A stretch of 64,000 bases of DNA, taken from Parcubacteria group bacterium. GTDB taxonomy: Bacteria; Patescibacteriota; Minisyncoccia; Moranbacterales; UBA9337. This document shows positions 1 to 9,766 of the stretch, piece after piece. A program made the position numbers and the translations under genes. Within the stretch, counting starts at the first letter, position 1. Each line of letters opens with the position of its first letter. The notes beneath the pieces are model-generated. The model worked only from the letters and a program-made list of their open reading frames with translations, did not search any database and was not told where the DNA came from. Where the stretch lies: positions 75,454 through 139,453 of the forward strand of contig JBAZSW010000004.1 of assembly GCA_041662245.1 (NCBI GenBank). Direction: 5' to 3'.

Positions 1-821
1 CTCTCCAAATCACGCGACCGAGTGTTATCAAATCCTCGCATTCTTTGAGTTTGAGGCGAGCCACTGGCAACAAATCCCAATATTATAGATAGCCCCACCA
101 CTCCAATTACCGCCCAACCAAATATTACAAAAACTTTTCTATCAATATCTTTTTTGTATTGGACTTTCTTTCTTTCTAAAAAGTAAAACCCAAAAACTCC
201 ACCTGCAATCATAAATATTGTTAGAGCTTTCAAGAAAAATCTAACAGTAATTTCTCCTTGTAACATACTAAAAATAACGACTATTAAATCTACTACAATA
301 GTGATAGCGGTTATTAATAAAACTAAATAAGTAATCCATTTTGTTAGACGTGATTCTATTTTTCCCTCATCCTCTCTAAATCTACGAAACCAAAAACGCA
401 TTGCCAAATAATATAAAGGGAAACTAATAATTAAAGAGGCAATAGCATAGTGAATTGTTTCCGATGCCGAACTGGAACTGTAATAGTTATTGTTTAAATT
501 GTCTTGAAAAAAGTGATTAATTATTCCATAAAGTAACATCCCTAATGAAGTAGCGAATATTCCCAAAAGAATAAAAGAAAAAAAGTTTATTACAATCTCC
601 ACAGTAGTAGACTTTTTACTAAAAACTTCTTGCGCATTTCGTGCTGGCACCGGCACTCCACATCTAGCCAATCCCAACGCGTAGGCACCATCCACTTCTT
701 CATCTGACCATCCCACTGCATGCAATTGTTTCTTTATTTCATCTTGATTAACTCCTTCTTGAATTTTACCCACTGCATAATCAATTAATTTTTGACTTTC
801 ATTTGTTATTTTATTTTCCAT
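1..821 (-). CDS. Multi-pass membrane protein, DUF5671-like (runs off the left edge)
   Basis: Own translation from ATG at 821: MENKITNESQKLIDYAVG...SRLTKWITYLVLLITAITIVVDLI...RFFLKALTIF...SGSPQTQRMRGFD; open to base 1; not in ORF track. Confidence 0.7.
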   Translation of the reverse strand, partial: MENKITNESQKLIDYAVGKIQEGVNQDEIKKQLHAVGWSDEEVDGAYALGLARCGVPVPARNAQEVFSKKSTTVEIVINFFSFILLGIFATSLGMLLYGIINHFFQDNLNNNYYSSSSASETIHYAIASLIISFPLYYLAMRFWFRRFREDEGKIESRLTKWITYLVLLITAITIVVDLIVVIFSMLQGEITVRFFLKALTIFMIAGGVFGFYFLERKKVQYKKDIDRKVFVIFGWAVIGVVGLSIILGFVASGSPQTQRMRGFDNTRSRDLE

Positions 822-906
822 AATATTTTATTTCTCTTTTATCTAATTATCTATTATAATAATAACATAAAAAATAATTTAGCAATATCTTTAAAAAAAA
901 TAAACT

Positions 907-2964
907 ATGCAAAAAATATTAAATAAATGCTGTATTGACGGACTAAGTTTTAAATCTAAACTTATTTTAACAATAGAATCTCTCGTTATTATTGTGACTT
1001 TAGTTTGCGGAGTTTTGGTTTATAATAATACCCATACTTTAGTTCGTGAAATACTAAGAAATAAACTCATGGCGATAGCTTCCACTACCGCCTCTATTAT
1101 AAATAGCAATCAGGTTGAATCCATAGAAAGATCCTTGGACGAAAATCAAGAAGATACTCGATTGAACCTAAAGGAAATGTTATTAAAGACCTCCTCTAGC
1201 GATATTGATATTGATTCCATTTATATAATGACGAAATCGGACAATGAAAATGTTTTGAAATTTATTGCCGATTCCACTGTGACAGAAGATGCCGATAAAA
1301 ATGGAACAATAGAAGATGATGAAAAAGAGGCTACTTTAGGAGAAGAATATGACATATCACCATTCCCTGAGATGAAAAATGCTTTTAATGGAAAAACGGC
1401 TGATTATCAAACTTCCTGCGATAAATGGGGTTGCTGGCTAAGCGGTTATGCTCCCATCTTAAATACCGATGGCGAAGCTATCGCCATAGTAGGAGTAGAC
1501 ATTTCAGCTGATCAAATCGCGACTTATGAAAAAAAATTAAAAATATCACTGCTTTCAATCCTTGGAATAATAATTACTTTCTTTCCTATTTTCTTATTTT
1601 TTCATTTAAAACATTTGTTAGAACCAATTTCAGAAGTTTATAAATCTATTGAAAAGTTCAGTGGAGACCTATCTACTAGAATGAACATTAGCGACAGGAA
1701 AGATGAGTTTGGTTTGATTTCACGCAATTTTAACAGAATGGCAGATGAGCTAACTGATCTAGTTAAAAATATGGAAGACAAAGTAGAAGAAAGAACCGAA
1801 GAAATAGCCAATCAAAAAAAACACATCGAAGCCGAAAAAAACAAAACTGAATCTATTTTAAAAAGTATCGGGGATGGAGTTTTCGTAGTAGATAAAAATC
1901 TATGCATAGCTATGTTTAACAAAGTTTCCGAAAATATAACTGGTTTTAGCGCCAACGAAGCTTTAGGCAAAAAATATTCCGAAGTCTTTAATCTTATCGA
2001 TGAAATTGACGAAACTAAGAAAAATGACGATTTTATAAAAAATGCAATTGGCACTGGCGAAACTCAAAAAATGCCCAGTCGCACTATTTTAATAAACAAA
2101 TATGGGCACAAGATTCCTGTTTCAGATTCCGCTGCCCCATTAAAAGACGAGGATGGGAAGGTTATTGGTTGCGTGGTTGTCTTTAGAGATATTACTCACG
2201 AATATGAAATTGATAAAGCCAAAACAGAGTTTGTCTCCCTAGCGTCTCATCAACTACGTACACCTCTTTCCTCTATTAACTGGTACGCCGAAATGCTTTT
2301 AGGAGGAGATGCGGGAAAAATAAATGCGGAACAAAAAAGTTATTTAAAAGAAATTTATTATGGAAATCAAAGAATGATTCATTTAGTTAACTCCTTGCTT
2401 AACGTATCTCGTCTAGAAATGGGGACTTTTTTAGTAGAACCTCAAGAAACTAACATTTTAGAAATGGCCGATGATGTAATCAAAGAGCTACTTCCCCGCT
2501 CCACAGAAAAAAATATAAAAATAAAAAGTAACTATGCTAAGAATATTCCAGAAATAAAAGTAGATCCCAAATTAATGAGAATTATTTTCCAAAATTTACT
2601 TTCTAATTCCCTTAAATATACTCCTGCCAAAGGAAAAATTGAATTAAAAATAAGTAAAGATGAACGTAATATAAATATTGAAATAACTGATAACGGGATG
2701 GGCATTCCAGAAAGTCAAAAAAATAATATCTTTTCTAAATTTTTTAGAGCCGATAATGTTCGTCAAACAGAAACAGAAGGCACGGGATTGGGATTATATT
2801 TAGTTAAGTCCATCATAGACCACTCTGAAGGAAAAATAGTATTTAAGTCTATTGAAGGCAAAGGTACTACGTTTTTTATATCCATTCCTTTAACTGGCAT
2901 GAAGGCCAAAAAGGGAACGAAAGAAATTACTGAAGTAAATAGAAAAATCGGCGGGATAGCGTAG
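907..2964 (+). CDS. Sensor histidine kinase (TM-extracellular sensor-TM-HAMP-PAS-HisKA-HATPase)
   Basis: H-box ASHQLRTPL, N-box NLLSNSLKY, G boxes DNGMGI and GTGLGL; HAMP DEFGLISRNFNRM; PAS ILKSIGDGVFVVD. Confidence 0.95.
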   Translation: MQKILNKCCIDGLSFKSKLILTIESLVIIVTLVCGVLVYNNTHTLVREILRNKLMAIASTTASIINSNQVESIERSLDENQEDTRLNLKEMLLKTSSSDIDIDSIYIMTKSDNENVLKFIADSTVTEDADKNGTIEDDEKEATLGEEYDISPFPEMKNAFNGKTADYQTSCDKWGCWLSGYAPILNTDGEAIAIVGVDISADQIATYEKKLKISLLSILGIIITFFPIFLFFHLKHLLEPISEVYKSIEKFSGDLSTRMNISDRKDEFGLISRNFNRMADELTDLVKNMEDKVEERTEEIANQKKHIEAEKNKTESILKSIGDGVFVVDKNLCIAMFNKVSENITGFSANEALGKKYSEVFNLIDEIDETKKNDDFIKNAIGTGETQKMPSRTILINKYGHKIPVSDSAAPLKDEDGKVIGCVVVFRDITHEYEIDKAKTEFVSLASHQLRTPLSSINWYAEMLLGGDAGKINAEQKSYLKEIYYGNQRMIHLVNSLLNVSRLEMGTFLVEPQETNILEMADDVIKELLPRSTEKNIKIKSNYAKNIPEIKVDPKLMRIIFQNLLSNSLKYTPAKGKIELKISKDERNINIEITDNGMGIPESQKNNIFSKFFRADNVRQTETEGTGLGLYLVKSIIDHSEGKIVFKSIEGKGTTFFISIPLTGMKAKKGTKEITEVNRKIGGIA

Positions 2965-3029
2965 GAAAAATTAATTTCTATTTTTTAGTTTTAAATTTTA
3001 AATCAAATTTCTATTTTTCAATATTTAGA

Positions 3030-3068
3030 AAATAAAAAACATCTCCAGTTGCGAGATGTTTTTTATTT
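3030..3068. terminator. Bidirectional intrinsic terminator
   Basis: aaataaaaaacatctc-cagttgc-gagatgttttttattt between convergent genes. Confidence 0.7.
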
Positions 3069-3167
3069 AAGAAAATTATCCCCACAGTGTTTCGTTTTTT
3101 GATTTCAATTTATTAATTTTCTAGAGTTTATTAAGTCTAATATTTTTGCATAAATTTTTAAAATTAA

Positions 3168-3545
3168 TCAAACGCCTATTAGTTTTTTAACTCTATTTAC
3201 AATATCTCTCATTCCCCACTCGGCTTTTATTAAATAATCATTGCAACCTAATTCTTTGGCTTCCATGAATTTATCCATATCACCATAATTGGTGAGAATC
3301 ATTACTCTCAATTTTTTACCTTTTTCATCATTCTTCAATGATTTAAGCATCTCCAAGCCATCCATTACAGGCATAGCGATGTCTAGCAAAATCATATCAG
3401 GCAATTCTTTAAGCGCCAAATGCAACCCAATTTCACCATTGGGGGCAATTGTTACGTCAAAACCCTCTCTCTCAAATTTATCTTTCGAAGCATTAGCTAA
3501 CGGAGCCTCGTCTTCCACAACTAATATTTTTTGTTTTGGTTTCAT
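3168..3545 (-). CDS. Single-domain response regulator (receiver)
   Basis: ILVVEDE, LLDIAMPVMDG, ILTN, YLIK motifs. Confidence 0.93.
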   Translation of the reverse strand: MKPKQKILVVEDEAPLANASKDKFEREGFDVTIAPNGEIGLHLALKELPDMILLDIAMPVMDGLEMLKSLKNDEKGKKLRVMILTNYGDMDKFMEAKELGCNDYLIKAEWGMRDIVNRVKKLIGV

Positions 3546-3620
3546 TTTTTTCTAATCTAAATTATTAAAGTGCAACAATTCGCATCATTTAATTTGGAAT
3601 TAAATCATTTTTGAATTTTA

Positions 3621-3992
3621 TTATATTAAACTTTTTACTTTTTCAACAATATCAGCCATTCCCCAATCAGCTTTAACCAAATAATCATTAGCTCCTAAGT
3701 CTTTAGCCTCCATAAATTTATCCATATCACCGTAATTAGTCAAAATTATTACTTTTAAATCTTTGCCTTTTTCATCTTCCTTTAACAACTTCAGCATTTG
3801 CAAACCATCCATTACAGGCATAGCAATATCTAGCAAAATCATATCGGGCAATTCTCTCAAGGATGACTCTAATCCAACTTGTCCATTTTCAGCGATTAAC
3901 ACTTCAAAGCCTTCCTTCTCAAATTTACTCTTCAAAGCTTTAGCCAATGAAATCTCGTCTTCCACAACTAATATTTTTTTCTTTTGTTTCAT
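3621..3992 (-). CDS. Single-domain response regulator, paralog of neighbour
   Basis: Same motifs; long stretches identical to 3168..3545. Confidence 0.93.
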   Translation of the reverse strand: MKQKKKILVVEDEISLAKALKSKFEKEGFEVLIAENGQVGLESSLRELPDMILLDIAMPVMDGLQMLKLLKEDEKGKDLKVIILTNYGDMDKFMEAKDLGANDYLVKADWGMADIVEKVKSLI

Positions 3993-4006
3993 ATTTTTTA
4001 ATGAGA

Positions 4007-6346
4007 TTAATTATTTTCGCTTCCTTCTTGCTCTAATTTTATTGATAATAATCTTGATACCCCATCGTCTCCCATTGTTGCTCCATAAAGATAAGAGGCT
4101 TGACGCATAGTTTCTCGATTGTGCGTAATTGCCACAAATTGAGTGCGAGATGATAAACTTTTTAAAATTTTACTAAACCTTCGAGAATTAGCCTCATCCA
4201 AAGCCGCTTCCACTTCATCTAACATAGAAAAAGGCGGCGGATTATAAGAAATAATTGCAAAAAGCAAGGCTAATGAAGTAAGTGAACGTTCTCCGCCTGA
4301 AAGCATAGACAAATTGGAAATTTTCTTTCCAGGGGGACAAGCCACAATATCTACGCCTACTTCATCTTTATTATCATCTTCCAATTCTTCAATTTCTGCT
4401 TCTATCTTGTCTTCTTTCTCTACATCTAAACCATCTCCCTCTATCTGCTTGGTTCTCACTATTTTTTTCTTTTTTATTTTTACCAAACTAGCTTTTCCGC
4501 CACCAAAAATTATTTTAAAGTATTTAGAAAATTCGTCATTAATTTTTCCGAAAGCCTCAGCGAAAACCACATCGATTTTCTTATCCATTTCTTTAGCTAT
4601 TTCTAAAAGGGAAACAATTGCATTTTCTAAATCTTTGGATTCTTGTTGCAACGTTTCATAACGTTTGTTAGTTTCTTCATATTCTTCGATAATCAATGGA
4701 TCAATTCCACCTATTTGTTCCATCTGAACTCTCAATCGAGAAATTTTTTGTTCCGTATCATAGCGATCAATCTTTTCTCCATCAAATTTAATTTCACGAA
4801 TATCCACATTTAGATTATTCTTTGCTTCCATTATTAAATCTTCTTCTCGCACTTCAATTCTTGCTAGGGAAACTTTAGCATCATTAAATTTATCCTTAGC
4901 CGTATCTATCTTTCTTTGACTTTCTCTTAATTTTTCTTCCGCCGTAAAAAATTCCTCGCGAGCCTTAACGTCTTTTTCTACTTCTTTTCGGATTTCTGTA
5001 TTTATTTGAACAATTTTTTCTCTAGCAATTTGAATTTCTTTTCTAAGCTTTCCGATATAATCATCCATTTGAGCTAATTCTTTGTTGCCTTTTTTCTCGG
5101 CTTCAATTTGTTCATGAGTTTTTTTCCCTTCCACTTTTCCTTTATCAATATCCCCTCGGAGAATTATAATATTTTTTTCAATTTTCAAAATAAACTCTTT
5201 AACTTCCGCCAATTCTTCTAGCGTCTTAATTTTTCCAATTCTTTCACTTAGTTCTCTTTGAAAGTTATGGATATTCTCCAATTCTTCTTGAATATACTTT
5301 TTATCTACCAATATCTCTTGAATAATTCCATGCTGTCTTATTCTATCTTTTAAAATTTCCATCTTTCCCTCAGTCATCATTAGTTCTTTTTCAGAAATAT
5401 TTATTACTTTATAAATTTTATCTCTCTCAAATTTCAGTTCGTCCTGTCTTTTATTTTGTCTCATTTTTTGAGATTCACTCTCCACAAAATCATTAAGTTT
5501 ATCAACCTCTCGTTGAATCAATTGCACTTCTCTTCCCAGCTCTTCTTTTTGTCGAAAGGATTGCTCCCGCTCCGTCTGAAAAGAGTGCCACAAAAAAGCG
5601 AAATATTTTTCTTGAATTTCTCTAAGCTTACCCTTTATTTCAGCTCCTTTCTGAGCTTTATCAGCTTGTCTTTTTAAAATTTTTAAATGCGGCTCAATCT
5701 CCCCCAAAAGAGCGCTTACTTGCAAAAGGTTTTTGCTGGTGGCATCTAATTTTTTTAAAGCTCTTTCCTTCTTGATTTGATATTGTTTTACTCCCGCCGC
5801 ATCTTCTAAGATAGCTCTTCTTTCACTCACAGAAGCATTGAGCACAGCATCGCTCATTCCTTGATTGACTACACTATAACTATCCTTTCCCACTCCTGCT
5901 TTAGCTAGGATATCTGTTATATCAGTCAATCTCACTTTAGAACCATTAATTAAATATTCACTCTCTCCGCTTCTATAAATTTTTCTACGAATAATTACTT
6001 CGGTAAAATCTAGGGGAATTTTTTTGTCTGAATTATCTAAATGCAGAGATACGGAAGCATAATTTAATTTTCCTTTGTTACCACTTCCGGCGAAAATAAC
6101 ATCTTCTGATTTTTTCCCTCGCAAATTTTTCATAGATTGTTCGCCCATTACCCAGCGAATTGCATCTGCGATATTTGATTTTCCACTCCCATTGGGTCCC
6201 ACGATAGCAGTAATTCCCATTTTCCTTTTTTCGCCACTACCAACACTACCCCTAGCTTCATCAACTGAATCTGAAGGCATAAAATCTATAACTGTCTTAT
6301 TGGCAAAAGATTTAAAACCGGCTATTTCTAATTTTTTTAAATACAT
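4007..6346 (-). CDS. smc: SMC-family chromosome segregation ATPase (short form)
   Basis: GFKSFA, Walker A GPNGSGKSN, signature LSGGERSL, Walker B/D-loop LDEVEAALD, QFVAITH. Confidence 0.93.
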   Translation of the reverse strand: MYLKKLEIAGFKSFANKTVIDFMPSDSVDEARGSVGSGEKRKMGITAIVGPNGSGKSNIADAIRWVMGEQSMKNLRGKKSEDVIFAGSGNKGKLNYASVSLHLDNSDKKIPLDFTEVIIRRKIYRSGESEYLINGSKVRLTDITDILAKAGVGKDSYSVVNQGMSDAVLNASVSERRAILEDAAGVKQYQIKKERALKKLDATSKNLLQVSALLGEIEPHLKILKRQADKAQKGAEIKGKLREIQEKYFAFLWHSFQTEREQSFRQKEELGREVQLIQREVDKLNDFVESESQKMRQNKRQDELKFERDKIYKVINISEKELMMTEGKMEILKDRIRQHGIIQEILVDKKYIQEELENIHNFQRELSERIGKIKTLEELAEVKEFILKIEKNIIILRGDIDKGKVEGKKTHEQIEAEKKGNKELAQMDDYIGKLRKEIQIAREKIVQINTEIRKEVEKDVKAREEFFTAEEKLRESQRKIDTAKDKFNDAKVSLARIEVREEDLIMEAKNNLNVDIREIKFDGEKIDRYDTEQKISRLRVQMEQIGGIDPLIIEEYEETNKRYETLQQESKDLENAIVSLLEIAKEMDKKIDVVFAEAFGKINDEFSKYFKIIFGGGKASLVKIKKKKIVRTKQIEGDGLDVEKEDKIEAEIEELEDDNKDEVGVDIVACPPGKKISNLSMLSGGERSLTSLALLFAIISYNPPPFSMLDEVEAALDEANSRRFSKILKSLSSRTQFVAITHNRETMRQASYLYGATMGDDGVSRLLSIKLEQEGSENN

Positions 6347-6683
6347 AAATATTCATTAAGCATAAAACATACAACAACTAGCATAAAGCAAAATGCCTCA
6401 TGTCCCACCCATCATTTCATATACCCGATTATACTATAAATCTATAATTTTAGGAAATACCCTTAAAAAGGGATAACCCTTAAAACTATTTATCCTTTTC
6501 TTTAAAATCATTCATCAAATCAATCCTCAATATGTAGCTTAATAGTTGTTATTTTAAACCGCTTAATTATTTGTTTTATAGAAATTTAATTTAAGCGATT
6601 AAAGGCGAAAAATAATGAATTTCATTAAAAAAATAGTAAACCCCACTCATAACAACTATTATGGTGGGGCGTCAGATTAAATT

Positions 6684-7175
6684 TCATTTCGGAATCAGCT
6701 TCGTATGAAGCTCTGCTAAATCTTCCAAAAATTCTCCAGCAATTTTTATTGATTGTTTGTCGTTTTGAAAAATTATAATCTTGCTAAGAACTTCCAATAT
6801 CTCGCTACTGGTCAAGTTCAGTCTTTCTAAATTTGCGTGGAAAATCAATGCCTTCAAGTTAGCTTCAATTTCAAATCCATTGTACTCAACGCCAGCGTCT
6901 CTAAACTTGACAATGCACAAACGAATATCGTTTCCAGCTTTATCAAGTTCCTTCCAAAGTTCCCTGTTCTCCTGTTTGGACTTACCGATTGCCGACACTA
7001 TCTGCGTACGTATTTCAAACAATTTTGTGAAGATATTTTCTTGTAAATTTTTTATTATTTTTTTTCTTCGCTCATCTCCTTTTTTTGTCATATGGGAAAC
7101 TATAAGTATAATCCCAAAAGCTACAATAATAATAGATAAATAAGCCACAAAAGCTATTATATTGAAATAACTCAT
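6684..7175 (-). CDS. Orphan protein with N-terminal membrane anchor
   Basis: Long ORF; start moved to ATG 7175, which follows GGAGG; hydrophobic N-terminus. Confidence 0.7.
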   Translation of the reverse strand: MSYFNIIAFVAYLSIIIVAFGIILIVSHMTKKGDERRKKIIKNLQENIFTKLFEIRTQIVSAIGKSKQENRELWKELDKAGNDIRLCIVKFRDAGVEYNGFEIEANLKALIFHANLERLNLTSSEILEVLSKIIIFQNDKQSIKIAGEFLEDLAELHTKLIPK

Positions 7176-7260
7176 ATCTTCCTCCATCTGAGAATATTAA
7201 GAACTAAATATCTTTTTCTGTATTATATAGAACAATAATCTAGGAAATAGTCTTTGTCAA

Positions 7261-7294
7261 TCAAAAAAGCATATACTGAAATATGCTTTTTTGA
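7261..7294 (-). terminator. Terminator after rnc
   Basis: tcaaaaaagcatat-actgaa-atatgcttttttga perfect 14-bp stem. Confidence 0.65.
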
Positions 7295-7368
7295 AAAAAT
7301 TCTATTTTAAATCTAAAATATTGAAAAATTGAGTATTGATTAAATATCGGTTATTGGATATTTTTAAC

Positions 7369-8058
7369 CTATAGCCATTCCTTTATTTTCAATCCTTCTT
7401 GTGCAGCTTCTCGCTGAGCTTCTTGCTTGCTGGCGCCATTGCCCTGAGCAACCAGCTCATCCCCAATATAAACCCCTACCGTAAAGTTTTTATCATGATC
7501 AGGTCCTTCTTCTTTAATTATTCGGTAAGAAGGAGTCAATTTAAAATGTTCTTGAGATTTTTCTTGAAAATAACTTTTAGGATCTAAATATAACTTATTA
7601 GCAATCACATCATCAATCTTGGTAATCACATTATCTAAGATAAATTTTTCTGCTACATTATATCCTTGATCAAGATAAATCGCCCCGATAATTGCCTCAA
7701 AAGCATTTGCTAAGAGATATTGTCTAGCTCGTCCCTTATCGCTTGATTCCCCCTTGCTCATCAATACATATTCATCTACTCCCAAATCAGCTGAAATCTT
7801 GGCAAGCATTTCCCCATTGACTAGGGCTGCTCTCCAGCTAGTCATTTCCCCTTCTTGATTATTACTGTAATTTTTAAATAGATAATCAGTTACTACCAAT
7901 TCCAAAACTGCATCACCTAAAAATTCCAGTCTTTCATTGTGATTCAATTTATATTTTTTATTTTCATTCAAATAAGAACGATGAGTCAGGGCCTCCTGAA
8001 TTAAATCAGGATTATTGAATTTTATTCCGATTTTATCGGCAAAACTGTTTTTTGTCAT
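7369..8058 (-). CDS. rnc: Ribonuclease III
   Basis: ALTHRSY, NERLEFLGDAVL, C-terminal dsRBD (GPDHDKNF, GASKQEAQ). Confidence 0.98.
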   Translation of the reverse strand: MTKNSFADKIGIKFNNPDLIQEALTHRSYLNENKKYKLNHNERLEFLGDAVLELVVTDYLFKNYSNNQEGEMTSWRAALVNGEMLAKISADLGVDEYVLMSKGESSDKGRARQYLLANAFEAIIGAIYLDQGYNVAEKFILDNVITKIDDVIANKLYLDPKSYFQEKSQEHFKLTPSYRIIKEEGPDHDKNFTVGVYIGDELVAQGNGASKQEAQREAAQEGLKIKEWL

Positions 8059-8151
8059 TTCAATTTAAGAATTTCTAGTTAGAAATTTTTAAAAAAATCG
8101 CCAACAAGGACGAATAATTAAAAACTTTTAATTAGAAATTATTCTAAAAAA

Positions 8152-8667
8152 TTAATTGTTTTCTTCGATAATTTTCTTGTCATTCTCCAATTTCCTAGCC
8201 TTTTCCTCTTTGGCCTCTTTTTTCTTCTTATCATCATCCTTGAGTGGCTCACCCATCTCTCGATAAATTGTCCCCAGCACTCCATTTATAAATTTAGCTG
8301 AGTTGGGTCCACCAAAGGTTTTAGCTAGCTCAATCGCTTCGTTAATTGCTACTTTAGGGGGAACATTTTCATAATTTCCATAAAGGAGTTCAAATATTCC
8401 AATTCTCAAAATATTTCTATCTACAATAGTAATTTGGCTAAGTGGCCATTCTGGAGCACACTGCTCAATAAGCTCATCAATATCTCCCTGATTTTTCAAA
8501 GTTCCTTCAACCAAAGCCAAAACAAGATCCGTTTCTTCTATACCAATTGCCAATTCTTTAATATTTTTATCAACAATATTCAAGACATCGTCTTTATTTG
8601 AACCATTAAAATCCCACTCAAATAAAGATTGCATCGCTATTGATCTCTGAAGGTGCCTATTTGCCAT
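8152..8667 (-). CDS. nusB: Transcription antitermination factor NusB
   Basis: [37 protein letters not shown]. Confidence 0.97.
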   Translation of the reverse strand: MANRHLQRSIAMQSLFEWDFNGSNKDDVLNIVDKNIKELAIGIEETDLVLALVEGTLKNQGDIDELIEQCAPEWPLSQITIVDRNILRIGIFELLYGNYENVPPKVAINEAIELAKTFGGPNSAKFINGVLGTIYREMGEPLKDDDKKKKEAKEEKARKLENDKKIIEENN

Positions 8668-8711
8668 TTTTATTAATTAATCAAAGAGTCCTAAGCTCCT
8701 GAGAAACTTAA

Positions 8712-8927
8712 TTATTTTTTATTTTTAGACTTTTTTTCGGATATTTTTACAACCTCTCTCCCTTTATAAAAACCACACTTTGGACAAGCTCGATGAGGAA
8801 GAATTTTTTCTTCACAGTTACTACATTTAGTAGATTGGACTTTAACAATGTTTTTTATCTTAATAACTTGACCGGCGCGTCTTCTTCCTTTTCTGGCGGT
8901 ATTATGTCGTTGTTTTGGTACTGGCAT
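8712..8927 (-). CDS. rpmF: 50S ribosomal protein L32
   Basis: MPVPKQR...CSNC...PHRACPKCGFYKGR. Confidence 0.97.
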   Translation of the reverse strand: MPVPKQRHNTARKGRRRAGQVIKIKNIVKVQSTKCSNCEEKILPHRACPKCGFYKGREVVKISEKKSKNKK

Positions 8928-9020
8928 ATATTTGAATAACTATATTTCTATCGCTATTTGGATTAAACTTTTACTGTTTAAATTTATCATTACTTTCTAA
9001 TTTTGGCAAGAGCTGAAATT

Positions 9021-9764
9021 AATTTTAAATTTTGAATTTTAAATTTCAAATGAATGATTAAATTAATTAATGACTAAAACACAAACACAATAAATGAAAG
9101 ACAGAAACTAAAAAATAGTCCTGCCCCAAATACCGCTCCACATGTTTATCGCCAATTTCCGTATTGAATGCAATAACTCTTGGCCACAGGATTAACTTCT
9201 TGATGGATTTGCATCGAAATTGGATCACTCATAGTTATGCTATAAGCTGGTTGAACCGCTTTATTATAGTCACCAACAGCCCTTTGAAGGTCTAGACATG
9301 CGTCTCTCAATGTAACCGTTACAATCCCCGTTTCTCTAGAATTTTCTCCTTTACGAACTGTCCAGCTTCTGATTTCCGATATCTCGTTTCCAAGTTTAAT
9401 TACAAATTGAGTTTCTCTTTCTACTCTATCTGTCAAATGGCTAAATTCATTTAAACTTTGGTTTGCGCTCCAAGAAGAATATTCTTCACGAGCATACATA
9501 AAAACAAAAGAAAAAATCAGAAACACAATAGGAGTTAAAAGAGCTGAAACTGCCATATTTCCGAATACATCTCGATATCGATATTGCATTGTCATAATAT
9601 CTCACCTCACGATTTTTGGTTTATAAGAAAGAGCTTTTAAATAATAACAATCATTCAATTAGGACCAACCTAACATTTTAAAATATTTTTGTAAAGATAT
9701 TCATGCTTTAAAAATTATATCATTTAGTCATTCATTTGAAATTCCAAATTTTAAATTTGAAATT
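9021..9764. mobile_element. Candidate non-autonomous element: 43-bp inverted heptamer-repeat arms enclosing one orphan gene
   Basis: 9021-9063 matches the reverse complement of 9722-9764 at 37/43 positions. Confidence 0.55.
9146..9595 (-). CDS. Orphan membrane-anchored protein (cargo)
   Basis: 149-aa ORF, GAGGTGA SD, N-terminal hydrophobic segment. Confidence 0.7.
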   Translation of the reverse strand: MTMQYRYRDVFGNMAVSALLTPIVFLIFSFVFMYAREEYSSWSANQSLNEFSHLTDRVERETQFVIKLGNEISEIRSWTVRKGENSRETGIVTVTLRDACLDLQRAVGDYNKAVQPAYSITMSDPISMQIHQEVNPVAKSYCIQYGNWR

Positions 9765-9766
9765 CT

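Noticed and set aside
6220-6280. SMC N-terminal loop insertion as another repeat element
   Set aside because: No palindrome or tandem unit visible in the DNA
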